Shown here: positions 18,654 to 26,456 of the stretch, in pieces
Numbering within the stretch: position 1 is the stretch's first letter
How the letters are laid out: the number at the start of each line of letters is the position of its first letter
Made by a program: the position numbers and the translations under genes
IMG/VR virus record: IMGVR_UViG_3300046170_000289
DNA length: 64,000 bases
From: a virus
Direction: 5' to 3' (one strand)
The notes under the pieces: model-generated
Database searches by the model: none
Told to the model about the DNA's origin: nothing
Seen by the model: the letters and a program-made list of their open reading frames with translations, nothing else

Positions 18654-18744
18654 AGTAAAATAGTGAAAAACCCTGGAGACGAAAAATTACCCCGAATTTT
18701 TTTCCGCCGATCCTGTGAATCAAAAGTGAAATAATATATAGGGG

Positions 18745-19026
18745 TTAATAGTGTCGTCCACAAGGTTTATACTTGAGACGTGTCTGCTTCTCGTAGTAAC
18801 CTTCGACGTATTCGTAGCGCCCTAACCAACGACCAGGGACCCAAACACGTCGGGTTACTTGCACTTCACACATGCGTCTCCTAGGACGCTCATAATAATG
18901 ATGGTAGTGATGAGATTCATAATGCCCATGCCCATCAAACGGCTCCCAGAATTCCTTCCAGGTTAGTGCGTTGGCAGGTGCCGCAGCAGACAGTAGCAGC
19001 AGAGTGGCAAGGGCAAGTTTTTTCAT
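18745..19026 (-). CDS. exported hypothetical protein
   Basis: Signal peptide MKKLALATLLLLSAAAPANA; starts just after gp32 stop. Confidence 0.65.
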   Translation of the reverse strand: MKKLALATLLLLSAAAPANALTWKEFWEPFDGHGHYESHHYHHYYERPRRRMCEVQVTRRVWVPGRWLGRYEYVEGYYEKQTRLKYKPCGRHY

Positions 19027-19027
19027 G

Positions 19028-19966
19028 TTAGTCGTTAGCGAGTGCGGCGAAGTAGTCCAAGTCAGGACCATCATCTGCCTTATTTAACTCTTCAATCTTA
19101 GCACCGAATCCACTGGGTGTGGGGTCGGGAGCGACCACTTGTGCAGGTGGCATAATGTCAGGCGAGTTGAAATTGCCACGTCCCTCAGACTCATCCTCGA
19201 AGGACTCGTCACGAGTGCGGACCTGAGTACGACCCTTGTTAAGGACCATATTCAAACGCTCTTCCAGTTTCTCGTAAGACTTGAATGCAGTAGGATCAGT
19301 GAATTCCTTGAGGGAATACTGAGACTTCCACAGTGCTTCCAGTTTGTCATCATCGAAACCACCCAACGTAGCAGGTGATGCGAAGTCAGACTTATCGTAA
19401 TTCCAGTAACCACCAATGGTCTGGATCTTGATACGGAAGTCAGCGCCTTGCCAAAGATCGAAAGGATTGATAGGCTCTTCATCCTCAAACTGAGGTTGCA
19501 TAGAGGACACCACCTTGTCGTGGATCTTCTTACCATACTTATAGAGGAATACTTTACCCTCATTCTGAGGATTCAGTTGATCCTTCACCACATAGATGTT
19601 GCTGTAGTAGGAGAGTTTCCTCTTCTGCTTACGAGCAATCTCTTTGTCAGCATCGAGACCACTATTCCAGAGTGTGCGATTCAATTCACCAACAGGATCT
19701 TTCTGACCCAATGTAGTGAGAGAGTTTTCAATATACCATCCACCAGGACCTTGGAAAGCGTGGCTCCACACCTGTGCCCAAGGAAGGTCTTCACCATCAG
19801 GCTCAGGAAGGAAACGGATCACGGCATAACCGTTTCCGCTCTTGTCCACCCCAGGTTTCCAGAGACGCTCGTCAGGACCAGCACCCTGTGGTTTGGACAT
19901 CTTTTCAATCTGCTGGGTCAGTTTATCAAACGTGCCAGACTTTTTCTTAAGACTTGCAAAAGACAT
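19028..19966 (-). CDS. gp32: single-stranded DNA-binding protein gp32
   Basis: DERLWKP..GNGYAVIRFLP..HAFQGPGGWYIENSLTT..KRKLSYYSNIYVV..FLYKYGKKI..NYDKSDF; acidic C-tail. Confidence 0.97.
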   Translation of the reverse strand: MSFASLKKKSGTFDKLTQQIEKMSKPQGAGPDERLWKPGVDKSGNGYAVIRFLPEPDGEDLPWAQVWSHAFQGPGGWYIENSLTTLGQKDPVGELNRTLWNSGLDADKEIARKQKRKLSYYSNIYVVKDQLNPQNEGKVFLYKYGKKIHDKVVSSMQPQFEDEEPINPFDLWQGADFRIKIQTIGGYWNYDKSDFASPATLGGFDDDKLEALWKSQYSLKEFTDPTAFKSYEKLEERLNMVLNKGRTQVRTRDESFEDESEGRGNFNSPDIMPPAQVVAPDPTPSGFGAKIEELNKADDGPDLDYFAALAND

Positions 19967-20011
19967 GTGTTTCTCCGTTGTGTTGTGTTTTGTTGTGTTT
20001 GCCACCGTATT

Positions 20012-20041
20012 ATGGTAGCACTCTTATTTAGCGTTTGTCAA
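20012..20041 (-). promoter_or_regulatory. sigma70-like promoter with nested late-like CTAAATA upstream of gp32
   Basis: TTGACA-18nt-TACCAT; spacer contains CTAAATA. Confidence 0.55.
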
Positions 20042-20180
20042 GCGCCCGTGTGCGGTTTATGATCAGGACCTTCTCACCATCGTGAGTGAATTGTAGCTCG
20101 TCGTCAGCGTCCCACAGTAACTCTTCGTATAGGTCATCGAGTTTCTGCATGTCTTGCCATAGTGCTTCAGGATTTGGCAT
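20028..20180 (-). CDS. small hypothetical protein (50 aa; not in ORF track)
   Basis: Hand translation MPNPEALWQDMQKLDDLYEELLWDADDELQFTHDGEKVLIINRTRALDKR. Confidence 0.6.
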   Translation of the reverse strand: MPNPEALWQDMQKLDDLYEELLWDADDELQFTHDGEKVLIINRTRALDKR

Positions 20181-20535
20181 CTTTCAACTCCTTTCTCCAA
20201 GTTTGCAGTTTGTCTTCCATCGTCTGGAGGATCATCATTAGATTCAATCCACCAGAATACTCTTGTGATAGGAGATCAATCCTATCCTTCACATACTTTG
20301 CTTCATTGTCTTTGTCATCAGTAGGATCCAACCCATGTGATGCTAGTGCCAAGCGTGAGTAGAATACTTTCTGCTTAGCAATCAACTCCAGGGTCTTCTC
20401 CACATGCTCTAGACGTTGCTCAGGATCAAACTCCTTAAGACCTGCAGACATCTTCAAGAGATCTGTATAACACTCCTGAATCTCTTCTACTTCCTCTTTT
20501 ACTACGTCACTCTTGAAAAATTCGTTGTCTGTCAT
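20167..20535 (-). CDS. DUF1825-like cyanophage protein
   Basis: FFKSDVVKEEVEEIQECY..LIAKQKVFYSRLAL. Confidence 0.75.
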   Translation of the reverse strand: MTDNEFFKSDVVKEEVEEIQECYTDLLKMSAGLKEFDPEQRLEHVEKTLELIAKQKVFYSRLALASHGLDPTDDKDNEAKYVKDRIDLLSQEYSGGLNLMMILQTMEDKLQTWRKELKDAKS

Positions 20536-20777
20536 AGTGGCAGGATACCTCTACTCGTTCGTTTAATGTAATTTAATTGCTGTGCGTCCCATTTAATTTT
20601 GTCCTTGAGTGGTTTCGAGATGAGTTTACTCACAGTTTCAACCTCGATCTCAAACTCCTCGCAAACAGATGCGACTGCTTCTATGTAGTTGATGAGTCCT
20701 TGAGACTCTTTGACTCGCATTTCCACGAGTGAGGTAAACTTACCTTGTGTCATGAATTTTTCTTCAATCTCTTTCAT
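20532..20777 (-). CDS. gp33: late promoter transcription coactivator gp33
   Basis: NYIEAVASVCEEFEIEVETVSKLISKPLKDKIKWDAQQLNYIK. Confidence 0.88.
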   Translation of the reverse strand: MKEIEEKFMTQGKFTSLVEMRVKESQGLINYIEAVASVCEEFEIEVETVSKLISKPLKDKIKWDAQQLNYIKRTSRGILPL

Positions 20778-21448
20778 TTAAGTCCCTCGACATAGTAGCG
20801 ATACTCTTCGATCCATTTGATGAGTGTATCCATATAAGGTATCTTATCATACTTTTCCACAACTTGCATGGATCCTTGCTCGGATACTGAAATTGTGACA
20901 AGTTTGTCCACTTCAACACCTGTCATCTCATAATACATGTAAGCATACGCTGCTTCCTGCACGAAGTATGACTTAAGATACTCTTCTTTCTTAATTCGAG
21001 TTGTAGTTTTGAAGTCAATGATTGCTAGAGAATTATCAAACTCAGCAATGCAATCAACACGACCAGCAATCCCCAACTTAAGAGAATGAAGAGGGGCTTC
21101 AATACAATGAATGTTAGAAATACGATCAAGATCCTGACGAGCAAACCCAAAAAGGTACTTGGGAAGACCCTCGCTTTTTTCAACTTCTTCCAATTCATTT
21201 TTAAGATAGTGCTCCACGATGGTATGGTATTTGGTGCCACGCCATGATGCTGCACGGCGGATGCGCTCTGCCTCAGTATATCCTACTCGTTTCTCCCAGG
21301 CAAGGATACCTGCCTTAGTATTATGACCGACAACAGTTGTGACGCTAGGCATCCAACCACTATCGGTCTTATAGAATCTTCCGTGAGGAAGAGTCCTACT
21401 CTCCAACTCTTTGAGGGGAGAAGCAGGACCCACATAATTAAAAGACAT
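20774..21448 (-). CDS. PD-(D/E)XK (Cas4-like) exonuclease
   Basis: PSVTTV, RGTKYH, IAGRVDCIAEFDNSLAIIDFKT, QEAAY. Confidence 0.85.
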   Translation of the reverse strand: MSFNYVGPASPLKELESRTLPHGRFYKTDSGWMPSVTTVVGHNTKAGILAWEKRVGYTEAERIRRAASWRGTKYHTIVEHYLKNELEEVEKSEGLPKYLFGFARQDLDRISNIHCIEAPLHSLKLGIAGRVDCIAEFDNSLAIIDFKTTTRIKKEEYLKSYFVQEAAYAYMYYEMTGVEVDKLVTISVSEQGSMQVVEKYDKIPYMDTLIKWIEEYRYYVEGLK

Positions 21449-22213
21449 TCACATTCCCATGTTAATTTTAGATACAAGATACTCTTTCACTAAACCAGAC
21501 CTTACGATGTCCTCGATACCAAACTCAACACAGTCGAAGGATGGCATAGATTGTAGGATCTTCATGAAGTCAAGGACGCCATTGCGCTCATTAGATTTCA
21601 CGAGATCGGACTGGGAGTAGTCACCAGAGAAGATGATCTTAGAATCTTCACCAACACGAGTGATAATGGAATCAAGCTCATGGAAGTTGAGATTACTAAA
21701 CTCATCTACAATTATAATACACTTGTCAAGTGTCACGCCACGAATGAATGAGGTAGACCAGAAAGAGACAGTCTCCTGTGCTCTGAGGTTATCATACAGT
21801 GCCTCGAAGGCATTGTCATCTGGCATCTCAAACATATACTTCACCATATTCTTATAGGGAATCTGGTAAAGGTTACTCTTGTCCTCATGATCACCAGGGA
21901 GAAAACCAATCTCTCTAGTAGGGACCAGTGATCGGACCATGTAAACCTTCTCGTATGGAGTCTCAGGATCCAAGACCTCACGCAATGCTAAGTAAAGACT
22001 AATGAATGTCTTACCTGTGCCAGCGGCACCATGCAATACTAGATTCTTACCTTCAGCGTAAGAGTTGAAGATAGTTTCTTGATTGTCTGTGAGTGGATTG
22101 ATCTGCTTGAGATGCTCAAGATTGATAGGTTTCTTTCTTCTCATTTGCTTTGCTGTGAGTGTCTCCAGTTTCATGGAGCGACGGCGTGTCTTGGACTTGA
22201 CAGATGTTGGCAT
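21449..22213 (-). CDS. phoH: PhoH-like ATPase
   Basis: GAAGTGKTF Walker A, VRSLVPTREIGFLPG, IIIVDEFSN, IFSGDYSQSDL. Confidence 0.95.
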   Translation of the reverse strand: MPTSVKSKTRRRSMKLETLTAKQMRRKKPINLEHLKQINPLTDNQETIFNSYAEGKNLVLHGAAGTGKTFISLYLALREVLDPETPYEKVYMVRSLVPTREIGFLPGDHEDKSNLYQIPYKNMVKYMFEMPDDNAFEALYDNLRAQETVSFWSTSFIRGVTLDKCIIIVDEFSNLNFHELDSIITRVGEDSKIIFSGDYSQSDLVKSNERNGVLDFMKILQSMPSFDCVEFGIEDIVRSGLVKEYLVSKINMGM

Positions 22214-22227
22214 AGAGGGGGTGTTGG

Positions 22228-22458
22228 TTAGGTGTAACGGGACAAGTTTGCTCTAGGGTGGTCGGCTTGCATCTTCTGCATGACCTCTTTGAATCCATCC
22301 GATTGTTTGGGTTCTCCGTAGGTAGTGCCAGCGACACCTGCCTGCCAGTCCTTATCCCAGTCGGGATTATCTTTACGCCACTGATCATAGGCGACCATTG
22401 ACATAGAGAATTCTTTTTTCTCGCCTGTCTTTAGATTCTTTACACTGTATGTAGGCAT
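22228..22458 (-). CDS. FmdB-like small protein
   Basis: MPTYSVKNLKTGEKKEF..WRKDNPDW..GFKEVMQKM. Confidence 0.75.
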   Translation of the reverse strand: MPTYSVKNLKTGEKKEFSMSMVAYDQWRKDNPDWDKDWQAGVAGTTYGEPKQSDGFKEVMQKMQADHPRANLSRYT

Positions 22459-22631
22459 TACAAACTCCTGCTTTGGGGCATTACACCACTGCAAATCCAC
22501 TTAGCAGTAGGCACGTCTGCTTCAAAGAGTTGCCTTGATTCAGACTGGGATCGTGCTTCCACGATCCTGAAGTGGTGACGATTACCTGTAGCAGGTAACG
22601 TATATGTGATCATGTATCTAATTAATTTCAT
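22458..22631 (-). CDS. small hypothetical protein (57 aa; not in ORF track)
   Basis: Hand translation MKLIRYMITYTLPATGNRHHFRIVEARSQ..; TAATG overlaps at both ends. Confidence 0.6.
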   Translation of the reverse strand: MKLIRYMITYTLPATGNRHHFRIVEARSQSESRQLFEADVPTAKWICSGVMPQSRSL

Positions 22632-23371
22632 TAATCAATCCTCAAACAAGGTTGTAGGTCTTCCCAATAGGTATCATTATCCTCACACCCACACTCACTA
22701 GGGTTAGGACACCAGTCCAGTGCCTTAGAGATAGTAGGAAACTGACAGATGAAATGCTTCTGACATAGTTTAGCGATGTCCATGTGCTCCTGCTGTGTGC
22801 CATTAGCAGACCTCAGTTGGATGTAATGGATCCATGAACGCACAGAGCCCGTCATGAAAATTCTGGTGGGTGCGGCGAGGGGAAGCACAAAACGAGCACA
22901 TTCCTTTGCAATACCTTCACGCAGCAATTCATTGTAGAGATCCATTCCCTCAATAAAGTATTGATGAATGCGTCCCTGCAGGAATGCTTTCTGCTCTGCA
23001 TCCACAGCGTCAATACTATTCTGACGATTCTTTGTGTCTTGCAGACGCAAGTCAGGCACCTCAATCATTTCACTCAGCAGATTAGTATCTGCATAGCGTT
23101 GTGAGAACTCTTGGTAGGTAAAACTACGGTGCCTCAGGATTTGAGCTGCCAGTCCTCTGGTAGTGTTGATCTCAAGCGTCATGAATGCTTGCTCAAACAC
23201 ACTCCAGTGTCCATGCTTAATACAATACTTCAATAGACCAGCAACCTCAGGGTTGTCCTGGTTGTTGGGGTTGCTCACACGAGCGACGTATCCCATATGC
23301 TTCTCAGCATCAGGGGTCACAGATACCATACACACCTTAGAGGAGTGCTCTACAGGAGAAATTTTAGTCAT
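22631..23371 (-). CDS. thyX: flavin-dependent thymidylate synthase
   Basis: HGHWSVFE, QILRHRSFTYQEFSQRY signature, KECARFVLP. Confidence 0.97.
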   Translation of the reverse strand: MTKISPVEHSSKVCMVSVTPDAEKHMGYVARVSNPNNQDNPEVAGLLKYCIKHGHWSVFEQAFMTLEINTTRGLAAQILRHRSFTYQEFSQRYADTNLLSEMIEVPDLRLQDTKNRQNSIDAVDAEQKAFLQGRIHQYFIEGMDLYNELLREGIAKECARFVLPLAAPTRIFMTGSVRSWIHYIQLRSANGTQQEHMDIAKLCQKHFICQFPTISKALDWCPNPSECGCEDNDTYWEDLQPCLRID

Positions 23372-23663
23372 TCTTAGGGATAAGCAGGCGAGAGATTACG
23401 ATTAGTCCCATGCTTGTCCAGTAGGTTAGCACAGGTAGTGCGAATAGTCCTGGCATAAAAATATTCCAGACAAACATCAACACCAGTGGTGAGATGAAGA
23501 GAGTGCCGAGACCTGCAACAATAGATTTACCCATCTCAATGTTGCTCAGTTTCTCCTGCTCCTCTTCTTCCTTCTTCAATGCAGCATCAACTGCTGCTTT
23601 CATGTCCTCGATCTGCTGCTCAGCAGATTGTCGGGGGTCAAAATAGACTTGATCTTTAGTCAT
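23364..23663 (-). CDS. membrane hypothetical protein
   Basis: Coiled coil then two hydrophobic segments; ATGA coupling at 23660-23663. Confidence 0.65.
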   Translation of the reverse strand: MTKDQVYFDPRQSAEQQIEDMKAAVDAALKKEEEEQEKLSNIEMGKSIVAGLGTLFISPLVLMFVWNIFMPGLFALPVLTYWTSMGLIVISRLLIPKND

Positions 23664-23938
23664 CCTTTGCCTTTGGTTACCTTTGCTTGGGGTTTGTTTG
23701 GATCTTGCCATAGTTTGGGATTGATTCTTCCTTCTGCTTGTTTATACCATTTCAAGTCATGCTTATACTTGTCCCAATAATGGTCAAAGATATCAACATT
23801 CTTACCGCTGGTAACGATGTCGTAGTGCTCCTTACCCTCGATCAGATAGCAGACGATAAATGCTGAGGTTGGTAGCGATCTATCCTCTGCTGCTTCAAGG
23901 TTACAGTCAGATTGTAAGGTCTTGATCTTACTGCTCAT
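23660..23938 (-). CDS. hypothetical cyanophage protein
   Basis: AAEDRSLPTSAFIVCY..DIFDHYWDKY..GRINPKLW. Confidence 0.7.
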   Translation of the reverse strand: MSSKIKTLQSDCNLEAAEDRSLPTSAFIVCYLIEGKEHYDIVTSGKNVDIFDHYWDKYKHDLKWYKQAEGRINPKLWQDPNKPQAKVTKGKG

Positions 23939-24375
23939 CGAGCTCTGCCTCCCCACTCAATCATGGGGAATGCCTCTTGGACTACTGCTTTGGTGATACG
24001 AAACTTCTTGTGGAGAGTCTTATTCACTGCCTTGATAAGGACTTCTGCCTCTGTTGCGTGCAGTCCTTCAAGCATCTGAATAAACATACTCTCTACCTTC
24101 ATCCCAGGCAGTGTATCATCACCACCCTTAAAGAATCGATAGAGTTTCTTTCCTTCCTTCTCTAGCAGTGTGTGCTCAGTGCCTACAGGTGCATCGTTAG
24201 GACGGTAAGGGACATCTTCACCCATGGGGACACGAGGCTCTACACTATCATCAAAGTTAATGATGAAGATAGACCTCAGTGTCTGGGTGTTGTTGTCTTG
24301 CAAGATTTTAATCTTTGCTGCTTTCGTCTTAGCGTTATGTGCTTTCTGAAGCACTTCAGAAATCATCAGTTTCAT
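23935..24375 (-). CDS. conserved T4-like phage hypothetical protein
   Basis: MKLMISEVLQKAHNAKTKAAKI..ESMFIQMLEGLHATEAEVL. Confidence 0.75.
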   Translation of the reverse strand: MKLMISEVLQKAHNAKTKAAKIKILQDNNTQTLRSIFIINFDDSVEPRVPMGEDVPYRPNDAPVGTEHTLLEKEGKKLYRFFKGGDDTLPGMKVESMFIQMLEGLHATEAEVLIKAVNKTLHKKFRITKAVVQEAFPMIEWGGRAR

Positions 24376-24397
24376 GGTGTGAGTAGTAAGTTTACAT

Positions 24398-24634
24398 TCA
24401 ATCTTCGTCATCCATCATATCATCTTCATCTGCAATCCGCAAGTAGAGAAGCTCAGACGGGTCTACCATGCCATCCTCACCCTGCATTTCAGGGTGCATA
24501 ACAACAGCAGCATACTCTGCTCTATCTATCCACAGATCAAACACATGCTTCAGATTCCAGGATACGATAAACCCTAGGAGGAATGCTCCGAGGGTCAGAA
24601 AGAAGGCAATGTACAGAAATGAAAGATCAGCCAT
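24398..24634 (-). CDS. membrane protein (DUF2973-like)
   Basis: N-terminal TM helix, HPEM motif, acidic tail. Confidence 0.65.
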   Translation of the reverse strand: MADLSFLYIAFFLTLGAFLLGFIVSWNLKHVFDLWIDRAEYAAVVMHPEMQGEDGMVDPSELLYLRIADEDDMMDDED

Positions 24635-24661
24635 GATGCCTCCTTTAGGGGGTAGTTAAAA

Positions 24662-25015
24662 TTATTTAGCAACCTTTTTGCGCCTGCCAGGCTTCCTTTC
24701 AGCGTGATACTTCCAGGTGTCTTCAAGGATGCCGTAGAGATAGTCACGAATCTTTCGTGCCTTTGGTTTAGGGATGTGACCATACGCTTCTTTGAGTGTC
24801 TTGTCACCTCCCTTGATGTAACCATTCAATTCCTCAACTGTGTTGCTCAGTTGTGCAGCAGTGGACGACTCAATGAATTCATTTGTCTCACGTCGTGTCC
24901 ACTTACCTGCCTTGAGGTAGTTATACATCTTAAATAGGAATCGCTGGTTGAGCATTGCCTCGTCGAGTGCTCGCTCAACTAATTGATAAACTTCAGTTGT
25001 GTCTTTTGACTTCAC
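24662..25015 (-). CDS. hypothetical cyanophage protein
   Basis: LKEAYGHIPKPKARKIRDYLYGIL..RKPGRRKK. Confidence 0.7.
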   Translation of the reverse strand: MKSKDTTEVYQLVERALDEAMLNQRFLFKMYNYLKAGKWTRRETNEFIESSTAAQLSNTVEELNGYIKGGDKTLKEAYGHIPKPKARKIRDYLYGILEDTWKYHAERKPGRRKKVAK

Positions 25016-25260
25016 AGTAGGTTGTTTTCTCTCAGGTACTTGACAGTTTCAGTGCAACCACCCATCTGTCTCCCATTGATCAGGACTTGAGGGAAGGTAG
25101 CACCAGGACCAAACTCTTTGTAGAATTGCTCCCTAGTAAAGTTAACATTCAAAGTGAATTCTGCAAAGGGGTAACCTTTCATTCGATACACTTCTTTAAT
25201 CTTAGTGCAGAAAGGGCATCCAGGTCGTGTGTAAATTGCTGTGTTTCCAGGTTTTGCCAT
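25012..25260 (-). CDS. nrdC: glutaredoxin
   Basis: IYTRPGCPFCTKIK, ATFPQV, GGCTETVKYL. Confidence 0.9.
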   Translation of the reverse strand: MAKPGNTAIYTRPGCPFCTKIKEVYRMKGYPFAEFTLNVNFTREQFYKEFGPGATFPQVLINGRQMGGCTETVKYLRENNLL

Positions 25261-25280
25261 CGTGATATATGATAGAGAAT

Positions 25281-25303
25281 AAAAAGGGGTCCCGAAGGAC
25301 CCC
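25281..25303 (-). terminator. Rho-independent terminator
   Basis: GGGGTCC-TTCG-GGACCCC followed by TTTTT on minus strand. Confidence 0.85.
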
Positions 25304-25335
25304 AACAGAGCATCAGATTCCGTCTAGATTATATA

Positions 25336-25713
25336 TCAGAAGGAATACTTGACACCCAGTTTACCACCGTAGCCACGGTCGATGCTGTCATCGCCGCTGC
25401 CCACGAAGGAGACTTCACCATACGCACCCAGAGCATCGCTCAGGGCAACACCAACACCTGCCTTACCAGAAGGAACGGTGTCATTCTCAGCGCCATCAGG
25501 AGAAACCAGCGTAGCACCGCCTTGGACATAGTATGAAGCGGATTCGCCAAGTGCGCCTTCGTAGCCCACATGGAAATCTGTATTTGCCCCATTGTAATCA
25601 GCGCCAGTCCAACCAGCATTGGTTTCTACGTTAACGTAGGGACCTGCGAGGGCAGCAGACGGAGCCACAATTGCGGCAGTGGCGGCGAGAGTTGCGATAG
25701 CAGTTTTGATCAT
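25336..25713 (-). CDS. small outer-membrane beta-barrel-like protein
   Basis: Signal peptide, alternating beta-strand pattern, terminal GGKLGVKYSF. Confidence 0.75.
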   Translation of the reverse strand: MIKTAIATLAATAAIVAPSAALAGPYVNVETNAGWTGADYNGANTDFHVGYEGALGESASYYVQGGATLVSPDGAENDTVPSGKAGVGVALSDALGAYGEVSFVGSGDDSIDRGYGGKLGVKYSF

Positions 25714-25829
25714 TTGGTATTTACCTCTTAGTGTTTTCTTGTGGAGTGTTTACCCACAGATGATAGGGGATTCGACTCTCCCCGTGTTTGAGTTGTAACA
25801 ATTCGTAACCAAGGTGGGTCACGAATGGT

Positions 25830-25860
25830 TATTTATAACAGAAAAATCTTAAAGTGTCAA
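25830..25860 (-). promoter_or_regulatory. composite sigma70 / late promoter
   Basis: TTGACA-17nt-TATAAA where the -10 is part of an exact TATAAATA. Confidence 0.75.
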
Positions 25861-26111
25861 GACCTTGTGCCAGTTGGACAACGCTTGACCTTCTCGATCA
25901 ACTGCTCCTTGAGATTATAGTAGAGGGCATGGGTTTCTGTCAAGACATAATACCCAGTCAAGTCCTTACCATTATCTGTCCAACCGTAGGACACCACACG
26001 CTCATGCACCTCAGCACAATCCAGCAACCTGTTTGTGTTTAGGTAATGGTTATACTTCTGGTGCAGATTGATCATGGGTCTCTTCTCCCTTGGACTTAGA
26101 TAGTATATCAC
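25857..26111 (-). CDS. hypothetical cyanophage protein
   Basis: NLHQKYNHYL..GYYVLTETHALYYNL. Confidence 0.6.
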   Translation of the reverse strand: MIYYLSPREKRPMINLHQKYNHYLNTNRLLDCAEVHERVVSYGWTDNGKDLTGYYVLTETHALYYNLKEQLIEKVKRCPTGTRS

Positions 26112-26454
26112 GAATCTCTGACATTTGTCCAGTCGTTAGATTCTCTTCAGGATCTGGACCGTCATCTTTGGTATCTTCTACAGGAGAAAGATGCTTCTGG
26201 ACTGCTGCTAGGTCTTCGACCATACCTACAGGGACAAACCCACCACCAAACGCTTGAGTCTTGCCAGGTTTGTGATCCATACCCTGCACCTCTGCAAGGT
26301 TAGACCTCCAATACTTCTGCATCTTCTTCATCATCTTCCGACGACCCTTAGGATCGTCTTTGTATTTCTCGATGACTTTCCTGAGTGCCTTCAACTCACG
26401 GGAGGTTTTCTCCATGGACCTTTCGGCACGTCCAGTATTACCAAATCCTGTCAT
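26050..26454 (-). CDS. hypothetical phage protein
   Basis: Basic N-terminus, acidic C-terminus; starts just after the 1448-aa gene. Confidence 0.65.
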   Translation of the reverse strand: MTGFGNTGRAERSMEKTSRELKALRKVIEKYKDDPKGRRKMMKKMQKYWRSNLAEVQGMDHKPGKTQAFGGGFVPVGMVEDLAAVQKHLSPVEDTKDDGPDPEENLTTGQMSEIRDILSKSKGEETHDQSAPEV

Positions 26455-26456
26455 AA

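Noticed and set aside
19448-20062. 204-aa plus-strand ORF
   Set aside because: Antisense to gp32 with no independent coding signal
20774-21448. Cas4-like nuclease as a sign of CRISPR
   Set aside because: No repeat-spacer array or other cas genes; a common solo phage exonuclease
22547-22570. Perfect hairpin GGATCGTG-4nt-CACGATCC as a possible ncRNA
   Set aside because: Lies within a 57-codon ORF coupled at both ends; no further RNA structure evident
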